From: a bacterium
GTDB taxonomy: Bacteria > Hinthialibacterota > Hinthialibacteria > Hinthialibacterales > Hinthialibacteraceae
DNA length: 12,515 nucleotides
Direction: 5' to 3'
NCBI GenBank assembly: GCA_041946805.1
Contig: JBHGBC010000173.1
Span: 1 to 12,515 of the forward strand
Every line of letters begins with the position of its first letter. The stretch's first letter is position 1. The translations under genes and the position numbers were made by a program. Below are positions 1 through 8,432 of this stretch, in pieces. Below the pieces are notes generated by a model. That model was not told the DNA's origin. It did not search any database and saw only the letters and a list, made by a program, of their open reading frames with translations.

Positions 1-98
1 CTTGGTATCCGCCCTCATCCAGGGGCGAATGAAATCAATGTTACTTCACCCGGTACGCATTTCTTGGATGAACCTCATTTATTGATCCCGTCATTTCA

Positions 99-974
99 TC
101 ATGGAGACGGAGGAGAGGGCTCGTTGCCGGCCTTCCTCACACAACGAAAGCCGTAGGCATCGTAACCGAAACAGACATCGGCCAGTCCCGGCGCTTCGCC
201 CAAACGGGCGGAGGCCCGGCAATACTCCTGCGTGCTGTTCCATCCGCCGCCGCGGAGAACGCAGGCGTCTCCGGTTTCCGGCCCCCGGGGATCGGTGTCC
301 GGACTGGCGGAATAATAGCTTTCGCTGTAAAAATCATTGCACCACTCCCATACATTGCCGTGCATATCATAGAGTCCCCGCGCGTTGGGCAGTTTTTGGC
401 CCACCGGATGCGTGGTCTGGTTCGCGTTGACTTTGTACCAGGCCGATTGTGAAAGGGCCGCGGGATTGTCTCCAAATGAATAATCCGTGTCCGCGCCCGC
501 GCGGCAGGCGTATTCCCATTCCGCTTCGGTGGGCAGCCGGTAACCGTCCGCGGTGAAATCGCATTGGAGCGGTTCCAATTGATAGCAAGGTTTGAAGCCG
601 TCCCGCAGCGAGCGCGTATTGCAATATTTCACGGCGGCGTTCCAGCCCAGCTGTTCCACGGGATGATCCGGGCCTTTGAATTTGGATGGATTGCGGCCCA
701 TCACCGCTTCATAGTCTTTCTGCGTGACTTCATAACGGTCCATATAAAAGGCGCTGACTTTAATAAGATGGGCCGGTTTTTCATCCTCCTCACCCTGATC
801 GGTGCCCATGATGAATTCCCCCGCGGGGATCAGCACCATTGTCACGCCGCCGGGAGTGGTGAGGGTCTGAAGTCTGCTGTCATCCGGAGTGGAGGATTGA
901 TTCGCGCCTCCGCACCCTCCAATCCATAACAACACAACTAAAATGAAGAAATGGTGGTTCCGCGTGATTTTCAT
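99..974 (-). CDS. FGE-sulfatase (SUMF1/EgtB/PvdO-family) domain lipoprotein, paralog B, 291 aa
   Basis: Family motifs IPAGEFIMG, FYMDRYEVTQ, HPVEQ, GYRLPTEAEWEYACRAG, LYDMHGNVWEWC, RGGGW and GFRC. Hydrophobic N-terminus with lipobox-like IGG-C21. Lacks the catalytic CxxxxC of true formylglycine-generating enzyme. Confidence 0.9.
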   Translation of the reverse strand: MKITRNHHFFILVVLLWIGGCGGANQSSTPDDSRLQTLTTPGGVTMVLIPAGEFIMGTDQGEEDEKPAHLIKVSAFYMDRYEVTQKDYEAVMGRNPSKFKGPDHPVEQLGWNAAVKYCNTRSLRDGFKPCYQLEPLQCDFTADGYRLPTEAEWEYACRAGADTDYSFGDNPAALSQSAWYKVNANQTTHPVGQKLPNARGLYDMHGNVWEWCNDFYSESYYSASPDTDPRGPETGDACVLRGGGWNSTQEYCRASARLGEAPGLADVCFGYDAYGFRCVRKAGNEPSPPSP

Positions 975-1010
975 TGGCTGTTTTTGGATACCTTTCCGAA
1001 CCGAAACGCG

Positions 1011-2864
1011 TCAATGCCGCGGGGCTTCATAGCTGGCGGGATTGCGCAGAATCTGCTGGGTCCGGCCGCGGATCTCCTTGGCGATGGCGGCCACGGCGGG
1101 ATTCAGGGCCATGGCCAAACCGGCCTGCTGGCGCAGCCGTTTCACCACCATGCGGCATTCGCCCACCAATTCATCCTGATTGCCGCCGACCTCGACCATG
1201 GCCGCCGTGATTTTCTTGCACTTGGTATAAGCGTCCGGCCCTTCATAATCGAGCAAAGCCGTCCGGAACGTGTTGACTAAATTTTCCGCGTACTCCGGGG
1301 TGTTGATATCATCTTTCCGTTTTTCCATGCGCGTGTCGAGCTCACCCGTCAGGGCTAGCAAGTCATCGAGGATTTGGGCGGCGGCGGGATCGGACCGGTC
1401 CTGCTGCCGCAAATACAACTGCATTTCATGGCCGAATTGGATATACACGTCAATGCGGCCGCGGATGTGTTTCACGAACGACAGCACCTGCTCCAGGGCT
1501 TTTTCGATTTCGGCCTTGGATTGCTTTTGCCGTCCCTGGGAATAGATCGGATTGAGTTTGTCCCGGAACGCGCAGGTGGCGATGCCGTTCATGGCTTGCT
1601 TTTGACCTTCCAAATCCAGAATATACTCGCAGGGGCCGACTCCCAACGTGGCCCGCACCAGATCGACGATCGTGAAGCGGTCCAGCGGCGTGGCGGGGAT
1701 CCGGTTGATGGGATAGATCAACGCCGGGCCTTCGAACGTGACGACGTTATCGGCCAGGGGCTGCAGATGGCCCCGCCCTTGCGTGTCGATCCAGCAGGGA
1801 TAGGGAAACCACCCTAACACGGTTGTCCAACGTTCCCGCTTGTCCTTGCGCAGCCAATCCTCCGTGCCGGGCGATTCGGCGTTGCCCAGCCAGCCGTATT
1901 GCACAAAATGGCCCTTGGGTTGTTCGGTTAACATTTCCCAACTGTCGGTGAAATCGCCCGCGCATTGCCAATCGGTGCGCCACTGCGCGGGAAACGGAAC
2001 GGTCCAGCCGAGGGGAATAATCTTTCCCGCGTCTTTCTTGGCCAACTCGTGAGTATGCCAAATCCCGGGACTATCCAATAGGCATATCCACATTTCACCA
2101 TCCTGGCCAAACGGAATCTCCGTGCCGGTGATGGACCTCTGGTCATCCAGGCCGGACAGTTCAATGCGAATGTCCTGGTCCCGTGTGGAGCAGACACTCA
2201 TCAAAATGGCTTCACCGTTCCCAAGCATTTGAAAGAAGAAATTCTCGCTGGGCAAATCGGCTTGTGACGGGGAAAACCGCCGGGCGTCGAGCACCATGTC
2301 ATCGGCAAAGAAATCCGGCAGGACGGCGAAACGGCTGGCGGCGGTTAATTTTAAGGCTGGCGCGTTGTCACGGGGTTTGATATGGACAAAAGGCTGGCCG
2401 AGAGTCAATTCCAGAAGCAAGGATGCGGCCGTCCCTCCGCGCATCGCGAATGTTACATTCACGGATAACGCGCTGGAAGTGTTTTCCTTGATTTGAATCG
2501 AATGGATTTGATTGGCCCGCTGGCTTCCTCCGGGGGAAAACGAAGCGCGCGGCGTGAATGTGTCCGGAGATTTGGAGTAGAGTTCCACTTCCGCGCCGTT
2601 CTGCCGCACCACTACGGCGATTTTGTCATTCAGAAGAACCGCGTCGCCCTGGAATGTGTGATCCAGAATATCTTCTTCCACGGGCGTGAAACCGGCGCGT
2701 TGGATTAACGCTTCGCCGGCCAGCGGCTGAGGGGACGCGGTTCCCGTGTCGAATATCAACGTGAAGGGGGTAGCGGCATCTTCTTTCGCGAAAACGATGT
2801 TACCCGTGACGGCGGTCAGTATCCCGATGAAAAGTATCAAATGCCACACCGAACGCGTTTCCAT
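1011..2864 (-). CDS. Secreted protein of unknown function, 617 aa; paralog of 2903..4561
   Basis: Long ORF with RBS AGAGGAG 7 nt before the ATG and a Sec-type signal peptide (…IVFA/KE). Colinear motif blocks shared with the neighbouring gene. N-terminal part looks beta-rich and C-terminal part helical. No family recognised. Confidence 0.85.
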   Translation of the reverse strand: METRSVWHLILFIGILTAVTGNIVFAKEDAATPFTLIFDTGTASPQPLAGEALIQRAGFTPVEEDILDHTFQGDAVLLNDKIAVVVRQNGAEVELYSKSPDTFTPRASFSPGGSQRANQIHSIQIKENTSSALSVNVTFAMRGGTAASLLLELTLGQPFVHIKPRDNAPALKLTAASRFAVLPDFFADDMVLDARRFSPSQADLPSENFFFQMLGNGEAILMSVCSTRDQDIRIELSGLDDQRSITGTEIPFGQDGEMWICLLDSPGIWHTHELAKKDAGKIIPLGWTVPFPAQWRTDWQCAGDFTDSWEMLTEQPKGHFVQYGWLGNAESPGTEDWLRKDKRERWTTVLGWFPYPCWIDTQGRGHLQPLADNVVTFEGPALIYPINRIPATPLDRFTIVDLVRATLGVGPCEYILDLEGQKQAMNGIATCAFRDKLNPIYSQGRQKQSKAEIEKALEQVLSFVKHIRGRIDVYIQFGHEMQLYLRQQDRSDPAAAQILDDLLALTGELDTRMEKRKDDINTPEYAENLVNTFRTALLDYEGPDAYTKCKKITAAMVEVGGNQDELVGECRMVVKRLRQQAGLAMALNPAVAAIAKEIRGRTQQILRNPASYEAPRH

Positions 2865-2871
2865 GATTTGG

Positions 2872-2878
2872 CTCCTCT
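2872..2878 (-). promoter_or_regulatory. Shine-Dalgarno site for the 617-aa gene
   Basis: AGAGGAG followed by a 7-nt spacer and ATG at 2864. Confidence 0.75.
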
Positions 2879-2902
2879 ACGAAATAAAATCGTAATCTCC
2901 GT

Positions 2903-4561
2903 TTATTCCAATCCCAATATTTCGCCGATTTGCGCGCGCAGGGTATTCAAAAAATTCCGGGCGGCCGGATTCTGTTCGCCTAACGCAAGGCATTGCTGGC
3001 GCAGCCACCGGAACAACATGCGGTATTTCGATAAGTGGTAATCCTGCTCCGCGCCCAGCGCGCGCAGTTCCGCGCAGGCGGATTTACATTCTGCCAGCGC
3101 GTTGTCTTGGCCGGTCAGCTGAAGAATCCGGGCGGCAGGCCGTTCCGCGTTTTCGGGAATGGCGTTCGCGTCCGGTCTCGATCCGATGGCCTTTTGGACC
3201 GCATCGAGGGTTCGCTGCAACGGGACAAGCCCATCGGCCGCACTGGGGTGGTTTTTCATTTCTTGGGCGCATCGATTCCGAATTTCCGCCGCGTGACGGG
3301 CGTATTGCTGGATTCGGGCTTGAGTTTGCCGGATGATGTCATTCATGGCGGAGAGAGCCCCCGCGATTTGATCCGGATCCACTTTGGTCTTCTTCCGGCT
3401 GAACTGTTTCTCGATCCAATCGGCGGCCTGATCGGGAGTAAGCTGGGATTCGGAAGTTAGCCGTTCCGCTTCCAGAATATATTGGCAGGGCCCCACGCCC
3501 AGGGTGTTCTTCATAATGTCGACCGGGGTATAAATGGACAAAGGCGTGTTCGCGTCGCGATCCATTGGATAAACCAAATACGGCATTTCAGGATGGCTCG
3601 CGGTGAAAGGGGTGGTGTAAGGACGCGATTCCCCCTGGCCCGCGTGCGCCAATACATCCATGCGCCATTTGGCGGGAAAGGGGGGCGTCCAGGGTGGTGC
3701 TGGATTTGACGTTTGGCGACTGGATGGATTTTGCGTCCAGATTTCATTGTGCTCCAGGAACGCCAGCCAGACTGTTTGTTCATCCTTTTCACGGACGGCA
3801 AGACTATGGATTTTTCGTTCGTCTCCTTGACGAATAAATTGCACATGGGCCGTGGACCGGTTGGATTGCCATACGCACATGAGCAGCGTGTGATAACCGG
3901 AGAGCGTTCCGATCAGAAATTTTTCGGCCGGCAAGTAGATGGGATCCTGATCCAGCGAATTCGCGGTGAAGACCATGTCATCCCCAAAAAAATCCGGCAC
4001 GATGACATGCTGAAAATCCGCGCATATACTGATATTTTCGGAGCCGCGCCCCGGATGCGCTTCCAGAATACTCTCTCCCGTGGTCAGGCGCAAAACAACC
4101 GGATATTGCTTTGACACCGAACTGAATACCACTTTTACTTGCACCGCGCTGGATGAGTTCTCTCCGATGGAAAACGCGGATAAGGCGAGTGTAGAATCCG
4201 GTTCGGGGGCCGCGGGTGAAATCGACGCCCGCAAGGCCGGCGGATTGGAAACCAGAGAGTAGACCTCGGCGGATTCGCTGCCCGGGCGGATGACCACGGC
4301 CAGCTGGTCATTCAAGAAGACTGCGTCCCCCAGAAAGGAATGTGTGGTATCATCCTCGGGTACGAGTGTCCAATTCTTCTTTTCCATGATCGAATCCGGA
4401 GAGAGCGGACGGGGAGAATGGTCCCCGGTGTCCAGCAGGTAGGTAAACGGCGTACCCTTCTCCTGCATGATTTGATTGACATCCAGCGGGGCCGCCGGAA
4501 AACAAATCACGGATAGGAAGGCCATCAAAAGCAATATAGGCAGGATTATTCGAATCATCAT
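2903..4561 (-). CDS. Secreted protein of unknown function, about 552 aa; paralog of 1011..2864
   Basis: Start moved from 4588 to ATG 4561 (or 4558) because GGAGG lies 7 nt upstream and a signal peptide MMIRIILPILLLMAFLSVICFPAA follows. Shares blocks GDAVxLND, PDFFxDDMV, PFPAxWRxD, TLGVGPCxYIL and LRQQ with the downstream gene. Confidence 0.85.
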   Translation of the reverse strand: MMIRIILPILLLMAFLSVICFPAAPLDVNQIMQEKGTPFTYLLDTGDHSPRPLSPDSIMEKKNWTLVPEDDTTHSFLGDAVFLNDQLAVVIRPGSESAEVYSLVSNPPALRASISPAAPEPDSTLALSAFSIGENSSSAVQVKVVFSSVSKQYPVVLRLTTGESILEAHPGRGSENISICADFQHVIVPDFFGDDMVFTANSLDQDPIYLPAEKFLIGTLSGYHTLLMCVWQSNRSTAHVQFIRQGDERKIHSLAVREKDEQTVWLAFLEHNEIWTQNPSSRQTSNPAPPWTPPFPAKWRMDVLAHAGQGESRPYTTPFTASHPEMPYLVYPMDRDANTPLSIYTPVDIMKNTLGVGPCQYILEAERLTSESQLTPDQAADWIEKQFSRKKTKVDPDQIAGALSAMNDIIRQTQARIQQYARHAAEIRNRCAQEMKNHPSAADGLVPLQRTLDAVQKAIGSRPDANAIPENAERPAARILQLTGQDNALAECKSACAELRALGAEQDYHLSKYRMLFRWLRQQCLALGEQNPAARNFLNTLRAQIGEILGLE

Positions 4562-4568
4562 GCTGCTT

Positions 4569-4573
4569 CCTCC
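4569..4573 (-). promoter_or_regulatory. Shine-Dalgarno site for the 552-aa gene
   Basis: GGAGG followed by a 7-nt spacer and ATG at 4561. Confidence 0.7.
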
Positions 4574-4588
4574 GGACTGGCAGCCCAC

Positions 4589-5455
4589 TTATTTCCAATC
4601 GGGATTCATATCCGAACCGCCTTCCGTCAATCGGAAAGGCGTTCCGCCGGTGGCGGGCACGATATACAATTCCCACGGCCCGGCCTCGGACAGGCCTTGG
4701 CAATAGACAATGTATTTCCCATCCGGACTGAAGCGCCCATACCGCTGGATCCCGCCCAAATACGTGACAAGACGGTTTTTCTTTCCATCCGGCTGGATGC
4801 TGCAGATATGGGTTTCCGTTTCGTAAACCAGCAGGGAGCCATCCGGGGACCAATGCGGTTCGCAGGCTCCCTTTTGATCGTATACTTTCACGGGCGGGGC
4901 TCCGTCCGGGGTTGTTAGATAAATTCCGTTGCCGGCCTCCCAACGGCAGGCAAAGGCGATCCGCCGGCCATCCGGACTCCAGGATGGTCCTGAACAATGC
5001 GGCCAGCCGCCCGGCGAGATGGCTTTCTCTTGCTGACTTTCCAGGTCCCGGATCCATATGGCTTCCTTCCTCCGGAAAACAATCCGTCTCCCATCGGGTG
5101 ACCATTCCGCCTGGTCGCCGTCACAAATTCGCTGGGGATTCGAGCCATCGGCATTGACTATCCAGACGCCCACGCTTCCCCCGCGGGTGGAGCTGAACAG
5201 GATCGATTTTCCATCCGGACTGAATGCGGGATCGACATCACTGAAATCCGAGTCTCCTGAGGTGAGAGGATGCAAATCCATGGTTATGGCATCGATCATC
5301 CACAACCGCCAGGCGCCGGCGCGGTCGCTGGAAAAGACAATTTGCCCTTTCCAGTCCCTGGGGGTGTTGTTTTCCCCGAAGACGCAAATACTTCCATAGA
5401 CCAAGGGAAAAAGAATGAAGGAAATCTTCATCAAATGTTGGGCCAATCGTTTCAT
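4589..5455 (-). CDS. TolB-like (PD40-repeat) beta-propeller protein B, secreted, about 288 aa
   Basis: Five [FW]SPDG blade motifs (PAFSPDGKSILFSS, AEWSPDGRRIVF, PSWSPDGRRIAF, PHWSPDGSLLVY, GRFSPDGKYIVY), an IVFSSDR first strand and an NPDW C-terminus, plus an N-terminal hydrophobic signal. Start 5455 preferred because it forms an ATGA overlap with the upstream stop; 5467 is the alternative. No TolB N-terminal domain. Confidence 0.88.
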   Translation of the reverse strand: MKRLAQHLMKISFILFPLVYGSICVFGENNTPRDWKGQIVFSSDRAGAWRLWMIDAITMDLHPLTSGDSDFSDVDPAFSPDGKSILFSSTRGGSVGVWIVNADGSNPQRICDGDQAEWSPDGRRIVFRRKEAIWIRDLESQQEKAISPGGWPHCSGPSWSPDGRRIAFACRWEAGNGIYLTTPDGAPPVKVYDQKGACEPHWSPDGSLLVYETETHICSIQPDGKKNRLVTYLGGIQRYGRFSPDGKYIVYCQGLSEAGPWELYIVPATGGTPFRLTEGGSDMNPDWK

Positions 5456-6588
5456 CGCCGTTTCCATTCTTGAAATTGAGGATCCGGATGGATCCGTGCG
5501 GCCAGCAACGCGTAACCCCGGTCCAGGGGATGGCTGGCATCCGCGTAGAGTTCACTAGGCAGCGGTTCCGGGATGCAATACGCGCTTCCCCATTCCTGGA
5601 AGCGGGATTCCATTCCCTGCTTCATTCGTTGATATTTTTGCTTACTTTCGCCCTTCAACAGGTGTTCATTGAAAGGGCCGGCCAGAATGAATACTTGATT
5701 TCCGCGTTTGCGCAACATATCCAAGGTGCGGTGGAAGGCGTTCCATTGCAGGGAGGATTCCAACTCGATCCAAGGGAAATCCTGTAAGGCGATGCCGCTT
5801 TCAACCCATGAAATAGGCTTGTGCCGCAGCTCTTGTTCCGGTTCCGGCGGGGATTTCATGAGCAGCGGAAAGGGATTGTCATTCGGATGATCCAAGGTCC
5901 AGGCGGGCATGTCCGAGCCGCCGAAACACGCCACGCGAAAGTGCCGGGCCAGCCCGAAGAGCGGGATGACGCGCTCCATCACGATACTTGCACGCTCCGG
6001 GAAAGCGGCCCGGTAACCCGGAATCCGGGGATGGAATTGCGGGACCAGGCAGGGATGGTTGAAGGAAAATTCCTTGTCGACTTGCAAGTCATGCCGGGGC
6101 GAACTCATCCACAAGGGATTGCATTGCAATATCACTTTTTGATTCGCGATGGGGCCGCCGTAATACCGCAACAAACCTTCCAACGCCAACGGATGGATGC
6201 CATTGACTCCCAGATTGGCGAATCGCGCGGCGTCTTCTTGATCGTTGAGGTGATGGGACAAGGTTTGGCTCGGCGTGACATATTCACCCCAAATCACGGA
6301 ATCGCCGATCACCAGAATCCTGTGTTGCGCTATCATCTCCCGGCTGTAGCGGTTGTAAATCCAATAATCCTCGCTCAGGGCGTACGGAACGCGATAGTCC
6401 GTCCCGGCATGCAAGGGCGAGAGCCATCCCCAGAGGGCCGGTGCGAAAATGTACAATCCCAGAAAGATCAAGGCAAAGAAAATCCATTCCCAGACGCCCA
6501 GCCGGATGGCGTTGGACGAGAAGGGATATTCTGGCCGGTCCATCGTGTTCGCTTGGATGATTTCATCCATCGGATGGCATACCCTCAT
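5452..6588 (-). CDS. Membrane-anchored SGNH/GDSL-fold protein, DltD/AlgJ-like acyltransferase partner of the MBOAT
   Basis: One N-terminal TM segment (WIFFALIFLGLYIFAPALW). SGNH blocks in order: ILVIGDSV (I), NLGVNG (II), LQCNP (III), YADASHP (V, DxxH). Lies directly downstream of an MBOAT gene. Start uncertain (6588, 6570 or 6543). Confidence 0.8.
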   Translation of the reverse strand: MRVCHPMDEIIQANTMDRPEYPFSSNAIRLGVWEWIFFALIFLGLYIFAPALWGWLSPLHAGTDYRVPYALSEDYWIYNRYSREMIAQHRILVIGDSVIWGEYVTPSQTLSHHLNDQEDAARFANLGVNGIHPLALEGLLRYYGGPIANQKVILQCNPLWMSSPRHDLQVDKEFSFNHPCLVPQFHPRIPGYRAAFPERASIVMERVIPLFGLARHFRVACFGGSDMPAWTLDHPNDNPFPLLMKSPPEPEQELRHKPISWVESGIALQDFPWIELESSLQWNAFHRTLDMLRKRGNQVFILAGPFNEHLLKGESKQKYQRMKQGMESRFQEWGSAYCIPEPLPSELYADASHPLDRGYALLAARIHPDPQFQEWKRR

Positions 6589-6627
6589 GGTAACGGTTTA
6601 CTCAATTGCCGGGAAAAGAAGAAATCC

Positions 6628-6769
6628 GCCCTTTCAGGGCTTCCCTCACCCTAACCCTCTCCCCGAGGGAGAGGGGATGGATCACTCTTGTTTTATCCCT
6701 TCCAGGGCTTACGCCCGGGGCTGTCTTCATGCCGCGCCGTTGTCGCTCAACAGTTGTACAGCAAACCGG
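6628..6769. repeat. Composite REP/BIME-like intergenic element, copy 1
   Basis: GCCCTTTCAGGGC mini-hairpin (6628-6640), 38-bp TTCCCTCACCCTAACCCTCTCCCCGAGGGAGAGGGGAT (6641-6678), 22-nt spacer, imperfect palindrome TCCAGGGCTTACGCCCGGGGCT (6701-6722), and tail 6734-6769. From 6641 on it is colinear with 9379-9505. Confidence 0.8.
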
Positions 6770-6772
6770 CCG

Positions 6773-6808
6773 ATAGTTCCCCGTAATGAAATAGTTCCCC
6801 GTGATGAA
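6773..6808. repeat. 18-bp tandem duplication
   Basis: ATAGTTCCCCGTAATGAA followed by ATAGTTCCCCGTGATGAA (17/18 identical). Confidence 0.9.
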
Positions 6809-6820
6809 ATTGTCATCCGG

Positions 6821-8206
6821 CTAAAACTGAAAATAAACGAACGAGGATGCGCCGGCTCCCGGGAACAGGCTGAGATAGAGAATCATCCCGAATACCAGCG
6901 CGTATTTCGTGCTGGTTGATTCCAGCAAGAGCCGGTAACGCGATTCGTATAGGGCTTGATATGTCACCGCCGCCAAGACCAAAGCCGCCGCGAGCCACGG
7001 AAACGCGGGATCGGCGAATCCCGGCGTGAGAATTCGGCTCACGATGACGCCCGCGTCCCTCATATTCTCCGCGCGGAAAAAGATCCACGTGAAATTGATG
7101 AGAATGTAAGTTCCCAGCTGTTTGATCCACCGGGGGCACTGTTTCTTGTACCAGCGCCGGCGGTCCAGCTCCATGGTCAATAAAATTCCGCCCGCGTGCA
7201 GAATCCCCCAAATGATGAAAGTCCAGGCCGCGCCGTGCCACAGGCCCGAGACCAGGAAGGTAATCAGCACATTGCGGTAGATCAAATACCTGGGATCGCG
7301 GGTTTTCCCCACGGCGATCAGCGGCGTGAAAATATAGTCGCGCAGCCAGTTCGACAGGCTGATGTGCCAGCGGGCCCAGAAATCGGTGAATCCCGCGGCC
7401 AGGTAGGGATGGTTGAAATTCAGCATGACCTGGAATCCCATCAGGCGGGCGATTCCCCGGGCCATGTCCGTGTAACCGCTGAAGTCGAAATACAGTTGCC
7501 ATCCGAACGCCAGGGTGGCCAGGATCAGCGCCGGGGACTGATATTGGCCCGGCGCGGCGTACACCCGGTCCACGTACAGGGCCAGGTAATTGGCCAGCGC
7601 GGCTTTCTTGAACAAACCCACGACGAACAACGAAATGCCATCCCCGACATCCTGCCTGGTGATGGCGGGCGTCCGGCGGAACTGGACCAGAAGGTTCTTG
7701 GCCCGCTCGATCGGGCCTTCCGCCACCTGAGGGAAGAACGACACATACAACGCGTGGCGGATGAAACTGGGTTCCCGCTCCACCTCGCCGCGGTAGCAGT
7801 CGATGACATAACTAAGCGACTTGAAGATGTAAAAGGAAATGCCGATGGGTAGCAAAATATCCAGGGCGGGAAGTTGGTAGGGGATATGGATTTCACTGAA
7901 AATCCAGTTAAGGTTTTCGGTAAGGAAATTGTAATATTTGAAGAAACCCAGCAGCAAGACGTTGTTCGCCATGCTGCAGCCCAACCCAAATCCCTTGCGC
8001 CGGCTTTGGGACATGCAATACACGGCGGCGTAATCGAACAGCGTGGCGTAGAAAATCAACACCAGGTAATACGGATTCCACCAGCCATAAAAAACATAGG
8101 AAGCGAGGAGCAGCCAGGGCACGGAAAAACGCGTGTTTTTCAGCGCGATGTAAACGGCATAGAAGACAGTGAAAAAGAGGAAGAACGGCCAGGTGTGAAA
8201 TACCAT
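6821..8206 (-). CDS. MBOAT family O-acyltransferase (AlgI/DltB/PatA-like), about 461 aa
   Basis: Motifs LLLASYVFYGWW, LPIGISFYIF, FFPQxxxGPIER, QLYFDFSGYTDMARG, NFNHPY, FWARWHISLSNWLRDY and SGLWHGA (catalytic His codon 7235-7237), with C-terminal FVYFQF. Start moved to MVFHTW at 8206 because the 8416 extension reads through an intergenic repeat. Confidence 0.95.
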   Translation of the reverse strand: MVFHTWPFFLFFTVFYAVYIALKNTRFSVPWLLLASYVFYGWWNPYYLVLIFYATLFDYAAVYCMSQSRRKGFGLGCSMANNVLLLGFFKYYNFLTENLNWIFSEIHIPYQLPALDILLPIGISFYIFKSLSYVIDCYRGEVEREPSFIRHALYVSFFPQVAEGPIERAKNLLVQFRRTPAITRQDVGDGISLFVVGLFKKAALANYLALYVDRVYAAPGQYQSPALILATLAFGWQLYFDFSGYTDMARGIARLMGFQVMLNFNHPYLAAGFTDFWARWHISLSNWLRDYIFTPLIAVGKTRDPRYLIYRNVLITFLVSGLWHGAAWTFIIWGILHAGGILLTMELDRRRWYKKQCPRWIKQLGTYILINFTWIFFRAENMRDAGVIVSRILTPGFADPAFPWLAAALVLAAVTYQALYESRYRLLLESTSTKYALVFGMILYLSLFPGAGASSFVYFQF

Positions 8207-8284
8207 CGGAGTTTGCTCGGCTTCCTGGAATGGTAGCTGTTTCCTCGTTTGCAGAGAAAAGATGAAATCCGTACTTTCCCAGGT

Positions 8285-8322
8285 TTCCCTCACCCTGCCC
8301 CTCTCCCAAAGGGAGAGGGAAT
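8285..8322. repeat. 38-bp hairpin repeat, stand-alone copy
   Basis: TTCCCTCACCCTGCCCCTCTCCCAAAGGGAGAGGGAAT, 33/38 identical to 6641-6678. Stem CCCTCTCCC/GGGAGAGGG with a 3-nt loop. Confidence 0.88.
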
Positions 8323-8432
8323 CGTTCGGCGATCCTCTCGAGGCGCATACTACGAATATAGCGCTGAAAAAGTTCTGTGTTCGGATAACCAGTTGCCTGG
8401 AATAAAACGCGTCCAATCTTCTCCGGGACTGG

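Noticed and set aside
10..28. Small hairpin CGCCCT…AGGGGCG downstream of the last gene as a terminator
   Set aside because: Short, bulged stem with no U-tract on the minus strand, and too close to the window edge to judge.
99..974. Calling the FGE-fold genes true formylglycine-generating enzymes, egtB or DGR targets
   Set aside because: No CxxxxC site, no DinB domain and no sulfatase in the window. No reverse transcriptase is present, and the two 3' ends differ at many non-adenine positions, so they are not a TR/VR pair.
4589..5455. Assigning the symbols tolB, dltABCD, algI/algJ or acsA
   Set aside because: Only family-level similarity is visible; gene context and domain content do not support orthology.
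8207..8416. 70-aa N-terminal extension of the MBOAT ORF
   Set aside because: It translates the intergenic hairpin repeat (SLSLWERGRVRE), and family similarity begins at MVFHTW (8206).
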